Below, piece after piece: positions 26,101 to 38,574 of a DNA stretch of 64,000 nucleotides. The translations under genes were made by a program, and so were the position numbers. The DNA is from Antedon mediterranea (lineage: Eukaryota; Animalia; Echinodermata). Location of the stretch: NCBI RefSeq assembly GCF_964355755.1, contig NC_092676.1, positions 24,136,871 through 24,200,870 of the forward strand, given 5' to 3'. Within the stretch, counting starts at the first letter, position 1, and every line of letters begins with the position of its first letter. The notes under the pieces are model-generated. The model was not told the origin of the DNA. It ran no database searches and saw only the letters and a list, made by a program, of their open reading frames with translations.

Positions 26101-29100
26101 AACTGATGGGAGATTAGCATTAGAGATTTTATCATAAGTGAAAAAAAAACTGTACTGTATGTTCAATACTAATAACAATATGAAGGTTTTTCAACAACAA
26201 CATACAGTACAGTTTTTAGGCTGAAATCATGGGTTTACCAAAATAAATTTTGTATTCAATATATATATATATATACAATATAAAAATATGCAAAAATAAT
26301 TAATATACAATTGTAATTTCTTTCACTTTAATAGCAAATGCCATGAGACCATTTATAGAAACACATTTTGTTTGGGTGTAGAAAATTGAACAAATTACAA
26401 TTAAAATTTATGTTTAAATGACTCAAATGACATCGGAATTATATAATTACATATTCATAAGCATCACTTTTCTTATTGCATTCAAGATTATTAACATCAG
26501 AAATAAAAAATGTTAAAAATATGAAAAAGAATGAAATACAGATAAAAATGTTTATAGTTGATCAAAATAAAATACAATTTTCCACTTTTCATTAACAATA
26601 AAAAGGTCTTAAAGATAAATTTATATATTTAATATGGTTTTTATCTTCCATAGTTACAAGAGCTTCGAGATCAAATGGATCTAGATGCTGCAAACATGGC
26701 GCAACTTGCTGATGAAAATGGCCGATTAGCGAAAGAAATTGATCAACTAAATAACAACAATCAAGATCTAAACAATAAAGTAAGTATGTCTACATTATGT
26801 CCATGTCTGCCAAATGTCTATGTTCGTACCAGCACTTAAAATTTTAAAAACCACATCATACAAAATTAAGAAATAATTTTTTTTCAGTTACTTGCTACAG
26901 AGCAGAAGAACAATAACCTGAATCGTCAAATGGACACGGAGCGAGAACGGTCAGCAGTACATGTGCGTGCCCTAGAAGACAAGCTACGCGACATGCAGGA
27001 CAGCCTGGTCCAGAAGATGCGTGAGATAACGTTAGCGACTGATGGAAAGTCACCAATGAGAGCTGAGATTGAGGCACTGAAGGTACTAGTTGAAGAGGAA
27101 GAAAACAAGTAAGAACCAGTTTTAACCGGTTTATTCTGGATTGTGACCAGAGATGGTTTTATGGTGTCAATTAAGTTTCTGTATAGGAATTTATATGACT
27201 ATTATTGATTATTAGCTATTGATTACTTTTTCAATTATTAATTACCTGTATTATTTTATCACTACAGACTGCGCCATATACCACCAGCACCAACCCATGT
27301 ACCGACAGCTATATCATCACCAAGCGCAAGTGTTTCCATTACTTCTCGTCCAAGAACAGTGAGTCCAGTCAGAAGTAGAAACTTTGCAAATAAAACAGGC
27401 TTGTCGACTAGCTACACCATAAAAACACCAAGAAGTAAGTTGTTTATAGTTAAAATTGTGTAAACCTTTCAAATATTTTTTGTTTAAACTATTTCTAAAC
27501 AACTTATAAATTACTAAATGCATTTCTACCAATTTTGTTTCCCATTTAGATCGGCCTCTTTCTGTACCAGCAACGATGGGACAGGGACAAGACTACTTTG
27601 ATTCTATATTTGGTGACCTCCACAAGAGTACTGTGGTCACTGCACGGATTCATCCTAAATCCAGTCCACCTGGTGTTTACAGAGTTCCTACGACGTCACA
27701 TGACTACACCACAGCTACTTCAAGGTACGATAAATCAACAACATGTATTTACAAGCTCATTACAAGCTAATTTACAAGAAAAAATGTAATTTGTCAAAGA
27801 AATAATGAGCTGGAAAAAACCAAATGCAATTCATTTCAATAAACATGTAGCTTATAATCTTTTATTACTATTTACTTTGTTATTAGTACAACCGGCAACC
27901 TAAAATTCCTGGAATTAAATTCAGAGGGACGTTTTGTGCGCCTCTTCAATGCATCCAACATTCACGATGAGGAAGTTGGTGGCTTCATGATCCAGCAAAA
28001 TGTCGGAGGTCATCCAGTTGCAGTCTACAGGTTTCCACCACGTACAAGATTCAAGGCACTCTCAACTATTACTGTAGGTTTAGGATTATTGATGCATCAA
28101 TCTAGTATAAAACCCTTAAGAGACACCTTCAGGACCCAAAACAAGTGTCTCCTTAATGTGAATGTAAATGTGGGAATAACCTGAGACTTGCATTCTAACC
28201 GGGCCGAATTGCGCACAGGTGTGGACGACACACACCACAACTTTCTACTCCCCTAAGGGTCCGTTCGAAGCTGAATTAACCACTACACCGGGTTAACCCC
28301 CCACTCTTCCGTAAGATGTACTGTGTTCTTTAAAGTGCACACTAGCCAAATGTGTACACTGGACCTCCAGTTTTAAGTCCCAATCCAAGAAGACTTGTTC
28401 TACCACCAGAATAATGGTCAAAGAGTGTCTTGAACCTGTGCCGATTGTATAGCTATGGTTTGTGGCACCCCTGCCTTAACCACTCGACTCGACAGAAGAA
28501 TAGGGGTTTTCTGTAGTGGTAAAGCATATATTGCTCCTCATTCACTTCATAGGGAAGTGTCTTTCACACCATTCTCAGTACTTGCATACATTTCTTCTTT
28601 TATTCAAAAATGCGTATAAGGTTGCCAAAACTGAAGTTTTGCAAAAGTTTGATATGTAATGTACATTTTGTATACTTAGATATGGGCAGCGTCAAGTCTA
28701 GCACAGCACAATCCCCCAACAGACTTTTTATGGAAAGAGCAACACAAATGGGGAACTGGTCCAGAGTGTACTACTATCCTATGCAAACCTAGTGGTCAAG
28801 CTGTGGCCTGGACAACTGCTGCTCATCGATTCAGCAAGACAGCACTCAGTTATGACCAGGAGAGTGACATATCAGTTGACCAGAACATCGCTGATGATGA
28901 TAAAGGAGATGAATCGAACCCAAACCCAGCGTTTGAGGTAGAGATTAATGGCAGACCGACTACCGTTTTACGAAGGTTTGTATAAATTAACAACTGACCA
29001 TTATGCATTAAAATCATTTTTAAACATTGCCGTATTTTCATGTTTTGTATTTTTTTATTTTCAGAGTTAAAATAGAACCGTCCTCATTATCACCAGCCAA

Positions 29101-29955
29101 ACATCCAACTGGACAGTATGCTGGTCATTCTACACATCCTAGCGCCGGACAACCACGTGTGCGAACGTTAGGTAATGATGGTAGCAGCTATTGCAGACAA
29201 TCACGATCACAGAATTCAAAACCTGTTCCAGACCGAACTCCTGGCGTTTTATATGCAAGCTCCAATCGTTCAGGCTATATTTCGCCACAGAAGTCTTTGA
29301 AATCATCAAGCAAGGTAAAAATGATATACAAGGTCCAAGGTTGCTATATCATTCACCTTTAATTTTGATAAAAATTCTATTTAAAGAATACTTTGTATGC
29401 ATGATATGATTATAATAATAATATTCGTTCTCATCTAGTGCATGCGTCTAAGCGCTTCAAATTATTACTCCAGTCATTTTTTTAATCAATCAAGTATGTT
29501 TCCATACTCCCTACTAATCAGCGCAAAGTTGTGTCTTGATCTAACCCGGTACCCATTTTGTACACCTTGGTGGAGAGAGGCAAATGTAAAGTAAAGTATC
29601 TTGCCTAAGGATACAAGCAATGCGACGAGAATAGGATTCAAACTCACGATCAGTAATCCGCACTGCGCCACATGATCTTACATTATTATATTGTATTTTT
29701 GACTTATGTTAATAATAAAGTAATGATATATGTATATTTTTTTTTACTATTAATTTCTTTCCTACTGTACTTTTAAGATTTTCTTGCATTTCCTTGTTTT
29801 TTATTTAGGCTGGTTCAATTAGACTTGGTTCTCAGCCTAGCCCATTCATGTCGCCTCATCAGCAACATTACTCCAACATCAACAAGATTAACGGCAATCA
29901 CCATGTCAGCTTTCAACCACCCCTTCCAAGACCCCCAGTTATATCGTCATGGTGA
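23165..29955 (+). CDS. LMNTD1: Lamin-like intermediate filament protein with lamin tail (Ig) domain, LMNTD1-like, ~782-794 aa, no CaaX
   Basis: Phase-consistent exons: 23165-23184, 23887-24028 (second in-frame ATG at 23903), 24299-24483, 24755-24943, 25327-25606, 26654-26779, 26888-27108, 27268-27434, 27550-27724, 27887-28073, 28680-28975, 29065-29314, 29809-29955. Coil 1a reads [21 protein letters not shown] and the rod ends [15 protein letters not shown]. The LTD reads GRFVRLFN...[16 protein letters not shown]...TIWAA...[12 protein letters not shown]...[15 protein letters not shown]. The [11 protein letters not shown] motif matches LMNTD1 as recalled. The protein ends PPVISSW*. Confidence 0.88.
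25075..25152. mobile_element. Tc1/mariner-type MITE family B (CAGTAGAACC...GGACAC...GTGTCCCCTTAATAG), representative fragment
   Basis: Related degenerate copies at about 12230-12301, 18245-18290, 23630-23720, 28105-28155, 33000, 33400-33475 and 45520-45640. Confidence 0.6.
25663..25799. mobile_element. MITE with 20-bp TIRs in LMNTD intron
   Basis: TAGCGACTTTTCATTTTCAT...ATGAAAATGAAAAGTCGCTA. Confidence 0.75.
28185..28492 (-). mobile_element. tRNA-derived SINE with Deu/Nin-like central domain
   Basis: Head GAGTGGTTAAGGCAG...GGTTCAAGAC. The core GGATTGGGACTTAAAACTGGAGGTCC...TTAAAGAAC...GGAAGAGTGGGGGGTTAACCCGGTGT resembles the recalled DeuSINE domain. Confidence 0.6.
29490..29672 (-). mobile_element. 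tRNA-derived SINE with CORE-like domain
   Basis: TGGCGCAGTG...GAGTTTGAATCC head followed by CCTTAGGCAAGATACTTT...GCCTCTCTCCACCAAGGTGTACAAAATGGGTACC. Confidence 0.6.
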
Positions 29956-30944
29956 ACAGCAAAAGTATCATGGCGACGATAGAAAAAGTTGCTGTAGGTA
30001 CATATTTGAATTTGCAATTAATGTAAGTAATTTGAAAATATTGTATATTGCAAACACACTAACTAATTTAGAAACTCCAACGCATCATGTATAGCTGGCG
30101 AAAACATCTTTTAAACTGTATTAAAATTTTAGCATGTATATAGAAAAGGAATTATTTAATGCCAAAGAATGATAATCAAAGTGTGTAAGTAATCAAAGTA
30201 CAGTAATATAATGATAAATGATTGTTTCAGCCAAATATGAGTTGAGAAGCTCTTACAATTTTAATTTTTTTTGTAAAGAAATATTCATTGTCTGAACAAA
30301 GGTATAACATTTTTATTATTTTGTCTGAACTATTTTATTTTGTTGTGATCATTGTTTATTTTTTATATATCTACTGACTGCATATATTAATTATATATTT
30401 GTTAATCATTTTATCCATTATAACATTCAATTTTAAATTGTTGAAATTTTGATATACTGTATATGCTGTAGCTGTGTCTTTCAAGATTAAGCTATTAATG
30501 AAATCAGACAAGTAGAAGGAGATAATTTTGATAAGAAGTGACACAACATGAATGGAAATTTACATCTATTGGCAAACTTTATAATAATCTAGATCTACAA
30601 AATGTATGCTTAAAACATAAATGAAACATTGTCCTGATTACTAATATCCTGTATGTATGTATATCATGTACTGGCTCATAAAAAAATGAAATTAAACATA
30701 TTTAACTTCTTAGAACACAATTGAATAGAAAGCGAGAAACTGCAACCAGCATAATTATGTTGAATACATAACACGGTACAGTTGAGAATATCAGTGAATA
30801 TGAGTGCAAAAGGAGGCTGCGACGTCTTACCGTCTTTCTAAAGCTCTGTTTACACTATAAAACAAACAAGCACGAATGTGCAATACTCGGGGTACAGCGA
30901 AAGAAGCTGTATACAGACGTATACAGTTAGAAAGTAAAGAAAAT

Positions 30945-31016
30945 AGGTTTCGCCAGGGCTCGAACCGGGACCTTCTGCGTGTTAAGCAGACTTGACAACC
31001 ACTACACTACGAAACC
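30945..31016 (-). tRNA. tRNA-Val(AAC), slightly degenerate
   Basis: GGTTTCGTAGTGTAGTGGTTGTCAAGTCTGCTTAACACGCAGAAGGTCCCGGTTCGAGCCCTGGCGAAACC. Acceptor and anticodon stems are perfect, D and T stems have mismatches, and a T-rich stretch follows. Confidence 0.75.
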
Positions 31017-31229
31017 TCTTACATTAAAAATGTGGGTTACAGAAAGTTTTTTAATCCATTTAAATTACAAATAAATGGTAATAAGCACAAAGCAAAATAA
31101 ACATGTGTAAAAGTGATAATTACCGATTACACAAAATAAGTATTTTAAAAAATAATAAAAATAAGATATACTCTGTATAATTATCATATTGCGTATACAG
31201 TACTTTTCACCATAAATTAAAAAAAAAAA

Positions 31230-31301
31230 GGTTTCGTCCGGGCTCGAACCAGGTACCTTCTGCGTGTTAAGCAAACGTGATAACCACTACGCCAAGAATC
31301 C
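31230..31301 (-). pseudogene. Second tRNA-Val(AAC) copy, probable pseudogene
   Basis: GGATTCTTGGCGTAGTGGTTATCACGTTTGCTTAACACGCAGAAGGTACCTGGTTCGAGCCCGGACGAAACC. The acceptor stem has mismatches and a poly-T run follows. Confidence 0.65.
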
Positions 31302-32073
31302 GCATATAACCATATAACTACATAACGCTGTGGTGTGTGTCACACATTGTGGCTTCTTAATTAAACAAATTAATTAACAAAAAATTAAAAATCCGGCTCT
31401 ATAGCTTTGAGGACATGTCCCTGTAGTATGTTCATGCCAAATCCCAGCTCAATACTATAACGAATAAGGGAGGAGTAGTACTTTAAAAATCGCACTTTTT
31501 ACTCAATAGTGTCCAGATGGAGGAAGAGAAGGAGAAAATGAGTAAGTACTAGACTCGGGTACCCCGAGTAAAAATGTGATGTGCCCAATACATGGACATG
31601 ATGAAGTCATATCACTAACTTATTTAGGCACATCGCACTTTTTTTTGTCAAACTAGTTTGATAGTGTAGACAGAGTTTTAGACAGTTATAGAATGGGCAG
31701 TGCAGTGACAACCCTTTTATGCGAACTAGGCATTTACACAGTGTTATATGCAGTTACAACCACTTAGACCTTAGACCACTGAGTCTGTCAGTCATAAAAT
31801 GCTGAAGTCTGATTGGATGTCTGAAATAATAAATCGAAAAGCTGCATAGAAAGTATAAATAGATAAATCAAATTCAAATGTGTAAAAGTACCTATAGAAA
31901 CTTTTGGCGAAATTAAATAACCCTTTGTATACTTTACGGGAAATTGAAACTGTAATATCTAATTTTAGATTCTGTAGTAGTGTTTTAGAAATCATTGATA
32001 TTAATATTGTGAAAATAACTATTAATTTTAATTTAATATCTATTCTGTTTAATCATAGTACAGTATATCCCTA

Positions 32074-32240
32074 AGCTTGGTTCTCACAAGGATGCAACGC
32101 AAGGACGTAAACGCAAGGACGTAAACGCAATGCAAGCGTATTGACCAATGCCAAGCGACAGTTCGAAAAAATCCATCGCTTTTGACGGTCAACTCACGTT
32201 GCGTTACGTCCTTGTGTTGCGTCTCTATTGGGAACCAAGC
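32074..32240. mobile_element. MITE with GCTTGGTTC(T/C)CA TIRs
   Basis: GCTTGGTTCTCA...TGGGAACCAAGC with inverted internal AACGCAAGGACGT repeats. Confidence 0.7.
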
Positions 32241-33968
32241 AAGTTAGGGTACTTAATTAATATGCAATCTTAGTAATATTTTTAATTCTGTGGCAGCTAT
32301 TATGTTTACTATGCATAAAAAAGTAATGAAATTATAATTATGCAAATCAGTAAGTGCAAATCTGTTAATAAAAATTTGTCTTTTTTTATTTTAATAAAAA
32401 TGTATATGCTGAATAGTGAGAAAGCAAATATTGTGTATATGATATGTGCAAAATAACTGTAAATAGGTCTATTCAAAGGAAATCCACTGAGGCAAGGGTT
32501 TCAGTTTTTCTTTTTTTGTTAAGTATCGATTTTTGCAAATGGCTACTGTATGAATATATATTCTAAAACTGTAAAAGGTTTTTATTTTATAATTGCAATG
32601 TAAAATAAAATATAAAAACCTTATTGATTATACTGTATTATGTTATGTATTATCATTAACCCTGCGACAAAAAATGAAATATTATTTGCTATTTGCATGA
32701 CTAAATTGGACCTATGAATGTTAATCTCATAGTTGGTTCCTTAAAAAGAGAATAATTGGACTCGTATAAAGCTCTACACTATCAAACTAGTTTGACAAAT
32801 AAGTGTGATGTGCTTATGTATGGACATGATGATGTCATCATCACTACCATATTTGAGCATATCACTATCATATTTGAGCATATCACTTGGGTACATCACT
32901 TTTTTTTGTCAAGCTAGTTTGATAGTATAGACAGAGCTTTAGAGTCATTCATTACAAGTAGTAGAAGAAGTAGGCCTAGTAGAAGAAGTATAAAGTGTCC
33001 CCTTAATGGGGAGGTTGCAGCAACAATAAGGCAATACTAAGATATTCTACTGCAATAGTTTCAATTTCAATTTATCTAAACGTATTGGGTTTAATATTAA
33101 CATGTTTAAATGTTAATGCTAAGTCTGCGTGAGTTCAAAGTCTTCCCGCAGATAGTTCACTATCTTTCCTCATTGTTTAGTACCTGGTCGAAGGTTGAAC
33201 AACCAAATGCTACAAGTCTCAAATGTTCACATGCTTTACATAATTCTTAGGCCTCGGCTACATCATTGGTAAATTAAAAATGGTGCCTCAGATTATCGCT
33301 TTGGAGTACCCTTCCAAAGTAAGTGGGAAGGGCTAGGAACGAGTAAATCTATCAAAAGAAGAAAACGGGAATGTCCCAAAATTATATTGCGCGAGGGTTC
33401 CACTCAGGGACACCCCTCTATTAAGGAAACTGTTTTTTGGGTTTCTAAAGTGTCCCCTAATAAGATTTGTATGCTGTATTAAATACTTTTTAATTTTTGA
33501 CCTACTACAAAATGGAATATTTCTCTTTCTCTTTCTCTGTCATTTGCGTTTCAATTTCTCGGTGTAATGATGCTGTAGTTTTTTTTCGATATAAAAAAAA
33601 TGGTGGTAGTTAGGCTAGTTCGGTCCAAAGTTTATCCGTTGTCAAACAGCAAATCTAAGTTAGAGACAGAACAAACACAATAATCAAATACATCTTGTTT
33701 GTCCCGACGATATTAATCAATAAGCTACGACATGTGAGAAAGAATAATTAATGACTATTTAATAGGAATGTCTGATAAATGACAATGGCTTACAATTAAT
33801 TCACTTTAATATTTAATATGTTTATGAGTGACAGGAAGTATTTTCGTAAATCACTTCAACATTAAATGTTTAAACAAAAATGTTTCCCGGAACATTATTT
33901 TTCAAAAAGTAATTTTACAAGAAAAGATTACAAGCAAACCTGAGAAATCTGAGTTAAATTAATATATA

Positions 33969-35280
33969 CTAGATGGTACGCTCGCTTCGCTCGCGTACCA
34001 TCTAGGTCGTGCCCACAGATGGTTCTCGAATACATAGTAATTTCAGCGTAAAAAAACTGGGGATTTCAAATGTACGTACCGCAGGACTTTAAAACATTGT
34101 CGTTTACAGAAACAAATAAATAGACACAATGATTTATGAAGTCAACCAAAATTAGCACCCTGGGAATTACTTTCAAAATGAGTCCAAATTTTTGATTTGG
34201 ACTCATTTAAACAAATCCAATTTGTGTTTTGTATCTAATATTAGCATTGAGGGTTGGGGATGAGGATAGGTACAAAGAGGAACAATTTTTTAAATAATAT
34301 TAATAATAATAATAATGGAAATTTGTAATATATTCTTTATATTATATTATTCTTTAGATTTCTTTATTATCCACTCAGTAACGAAATATTTTTTTATAGG
34401 CGTATAAATAATATACCACTAAATAGAGTAAAACATTTCCGATTTAATACTTTGTTAAAACTGTCACTGTCATAGTCGATTGAAATAGTAAAGTACATGT
34501 AACGATATACCACTACGACGTTTATATTTTTTGTAATTATTAATTAATACAAACGTTGAAAAGCAACTGTCAGTAATGAAGTATTTTATTATTATGTGTT
34601 TATAATCTAAAAGTAGGGGCTACCCACACTCACAGTAAAAAAGTTTATTAGTATATTTGTTTATATTATATCTAACAGTACCTACTGTACACTCACTAAA
34701 AGTGGTTAATACCTATTTATCAGTAGTGTATAGCATTACAATACTATTTATGTTTATTCTCCATGGGCCCATAAATTTACCTACTTGGACGTGTTAAACC
34801 ACGGAGGTATGCATCCATAGTTAAACCAAATAATTTGGAATGTTCCATTCATTGCAAATCAATACATTTTTATAAACGTATATTAAATGTATCAAAATAG
34901 CATTTTTTAAAGAAAATCGGCCTGTCTTCAACATTATGATGCTGTACTCGAACTGTTCAACCGGTTTTCAGCTATTAAAAACAATTATCGTAGGAGGAGA
35001 TAGGAAAATGCGAAGCGTCCTCGTATTATTGTGTGCGGGTATTTTTCAAATTGACATCCATTAGACAGTGTATACCACGATCGGAAAACACCCCTATTTG
35101 GGGCAAATCGTTGAACCTAAATTTGTTTTAATCGTCAATAACTAATTATAACAGGGTTACATCAGGTGGTTAAAATCAGTACCGAAAGTACGAACCAACT
35201 TCATATGCCATCGAGTAAACATTCTAGAAATAACGCGCGATTTACAGATTTTTGCCCTTACGTAAATTTATATATATATT
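33969..35280 (-). mobile_element. Non-autonomous Helitron-like element
   Basis: Terminal hairpin CTAGATGGTACGC-TCGCTTCGCTC-GCGTACCATCTAG, ending CTAG on the minus strand. The other end is placed approximately at a TA-repeat near 35280. Confidence 0.5.
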
Positions 35281-35321
35281 TATTTTATAGGCCTAATTGA
35301 ACATTAAAGCCGAAAAGTGAA

Positions 35322-35500
35322 CAGTGGCGTAACGCGAAGGCCCGAGGTCCTGGCCCTCCAAGTTCCAACGCTGGAGGTCTGGGGCGTTTTATTTATAACT
35401 GTAATGCCTGTTTTTTCCTCTGGGTACTGCTGCTCAGGTCCCCATAAGCTCCGAGGCTTGTGGGTTTAGCCAGTGAGCGCTCATAGCCGTTACGCCACTG
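35322..35500. mobile_element. MITE with CAGTGGCGTAAC TIRs (hAT-like)
   Basis: CAGTGGCGTAAC...GTTACGCCACTG. No clean 8-bp TSD. Confidence 0.7.
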
Positions 35501-37539
35501 GGAAATACTATGTTTTTAGTCACGTACATAAAAAGTACGTACGTACAGTGGTTCGCACAACTCAATACCCATCTAGACGAACGGATCTTGGCTTCACATA
35601 AGAGAGAGCTGAGAAAACATTACTAATCCATTCAACAACAACAAAACATATCTTGCAATTGCAACTTAAATAATCTACTTTTGTTTAGAGTATTATAATC
35701 ATTCTCACTTTCGCCAACTGTCACCGTTTTGTAAATTGATTTATTTGCTATTAAAGAAACATTAAAAGTGTACCGAGTTCCGGGGTGAAATCCTTACAAA
35801 AGAGAATGTACAAAGTTTCGCACGTTCCCCTTTTCTTCTTTGATTATGGACTTTAGATCACAAGAATGTGCGTAGTGTAATAGAGCAACCCGATCGACCC
35901 CCGAACCTTACACGCTAAATTCAAGGTTTTGCGGCGAGATTAATCACAACGCCGGTTAACTTGTAGACATGCGCAGGTGTATGTAAAATTATGTTAGTTT
36001 CGTCGCTTTGGTATCCCTATTTCTGTTGGCATTATCACGTGGCGTTGGTATTTGATCCACACGTTGTTTTATAGGTAGACGTCAGTCGCTGTCGCACGCA
36101 CAAGAGAACCTGGGGATGCACTCTTTGTGCCGTGTAACAACAACTTACGTCTCACCCGCATCAGGACCATTATGTATATGCCGACTGCGTAAACAGCGTT
36201 GAAATCCTGGCCAAGACACTTAAGAGTTTTCTCTTCTCTCTGTCGGTAAGCTATGTTCACACATTCCACAGAACGGTCACTCCCCCAGCTGAAACCATGC
36301 CGTACTTAAGACAGTGTTTTAAAACGTCACGTTGATAAGTAACTACCCCATCCTGGTGACGAATTGTTTTTGTCTCTGGTATCCAGAGACCTTCTCGTCT
36401 ATCTATCCTTCCATCTGCTTCTCCCTAAAATAAGCCTACGCTTGTTTCCCTCAATACGATCTGTCTCTCAAGTTGTTCCCTCTCTTCCACTTTTCTGGCG
36501 GAATCGTCATCCTCGGCATTTTCTTCCAACATAATGATGTTCATCTGTATATCTGATGCGTAATATGTAACGATATACATAATGTTAGATATACCCAATA
36601 TACGTATGAACCAGGTAAGAGTGGGGCCTGGTATGAACAGCAGATGCGACTAAAGTCTGTATCCTAACTGCAAATTAACGTCCACAACACCACTGTGCCT
36701 TTGCTGAAGTTCCATGCGATACGAGTTTCAAAGCTAAACACATTCATGTGTAGGAGGAACCACCTATAAAAGAAGTACGTAGAGGTAAAATAAAGTCTTT
36801 ACGTTTATGAAGCGCACTGGTATGAATGCTGATACACATGACCGTCCTCCAATGAGGGAATAGCTTGTATCGGCGAAAATCAGATATAGATTCTGACCTA
36901 AAACCCCAGACTTACATTTTGCACGTTCATGCAATGTAAAGTCCACATGAACATGTGTTCCGTGGTTACTGCAGGGTAAAACAACTTACCTCTAATCTGA
37001 TTATAGTTATACACTATTTCTGTTCATATTTGTTATAACATACATCGATTTTGCGGTACATGAAGGCATACACCGAATCTCGACCTATTTGATAAATGAC
37101 CCTATAGTGTTCACTATTTGTTATCATATTAAAACAAGCGATTTTAAATCTTAATCAAACATTGATAAGTAAAGATTACTCGACTTTTCCGAGCAGCAGG
37201 GCATCTTGTCACATAACCTGTAATGAAACATTCTTTGAATAAATTATGACAATTAAATTTGTATGATTGCTTGTCAATCATTATTTTTACGACGAGCTGT
37301 CAATCAAACGGCGATTCGGCCAATCAGCGGGTGGTTATAACATGGTTACGGTATAGTTGATCGGTTAAAGGCCCATGGAGCATTGTTGCTTCTGGTAGGC
37401 CAAATGGTTTTGTTTAGCCTGATCGCATACACATGAAACATATGGAATCGGTCTGAGCTAGTGCTGCGTTCGAACCGTTCAAGAATTGAGACAGATTTGA
37501 GAACCGATTTTCGTCAGTTTATTAAAAGACTTCTTCCCT

Positions 37540-37868
37540 CATGTTCTGTCGATCTCATGCCACAATTGAATCCCCTTCATATCTTTCTGACCTTCTTCCT
37601 CTTCACATACCTTCCCGTCGCCTTCGCTCGTCTTCAAAAAATATCCTTTCCATTCCGACTTTTAACACTAAAACGTATGGCCTCTAAGCACCTTTACTTC
37701 TGCTGCCTTTCGCTTATGGAATGACCTACCCGCCTCTATTTAGATCATGTTCTTCAACTATCGCCTTTAAATCTGCCTTGAAAACTAATATTTCTCTTTC
37801 AAATTGAGCTCTCTCTTTGATCACTTACTTCTGGAATTAGCGCACTACAAATTCGTATTATTATTAAT
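37540..37868 (+). mobile_element. L2/CR1-group LINE 3' fragment
   Basis: Disrupted reading frame YLSDLLPLHIPSRRLRSSSKNILSIPTFNTKTYG...LWNDLPASI...FKSALKT, followed by GCGCACTACAAAT and a (TAT)n tail. Confidence 0.8.
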
Positions 37869-38574
37869 CATAGGATAACGTTCTGGTGGTTCGAAATTGC
37901 CAGTGGCGGATCCAGATAGGAGAACATCCTCCGCATGCCGCCTGGAACAACCTCACAATTTATTCTAAACTGAATTTAATAATGCTAGTAGTATTTATTT
38001 ATACATTTGCGTATCATTATATCTGTATCCGCTATACTGCCTATCTGTAGGCCTACTCATGCAGCAGGCCTATTACTTTAGAAAATATAAGTTTCGTATC
38101 TCATTCTTCCAATAATGCACTTCATAGATATGCACGTACACAAGGGCGTATAAAAGGGTAAAGTTGAAACTATAACCGGTGATTTAGCTATGCACGAATT
38201 TTCATAAAGTAAATGTTTATTTAAAAACATCCTCAGGACAACATTTACTTAGATTGCGAGTAGGCTGCTGTATCGTTGCTGCGGTCCGTTATCATGTTTG
38301 TCTTTAACAAAAGTGGCGGTAACACGTTATGAAACCTGTTAATTTCGCAATAGATAAAACTCATAGGTTATTTAAAGTTTACATAAATTTAGAAAACTTA
38401 TAATATCTTCTGTTTGTTTAGTTTTCTTTTTGTTAATCATTTACGAGCGCTAACATGAAAACCTCCTTGATTTTATTCACGTACAGTGGGACTGATTTCC
38501 AGGTTTTTCCCCAACGTAACCCCAAGCTCTCTACCTTATCTCGGAGTAAGTTTTAATGTTGATTGAAACAGAAT

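Noticed and set aside
23903-29955. Calling the IF gene a canonical B-type lamin
   Set aside because: There is no CaaX and no clear NLS, the YRKLLEGEE and SPTR motifs are degenerate, and the tail motifs and neighbour fit LMNTD1.
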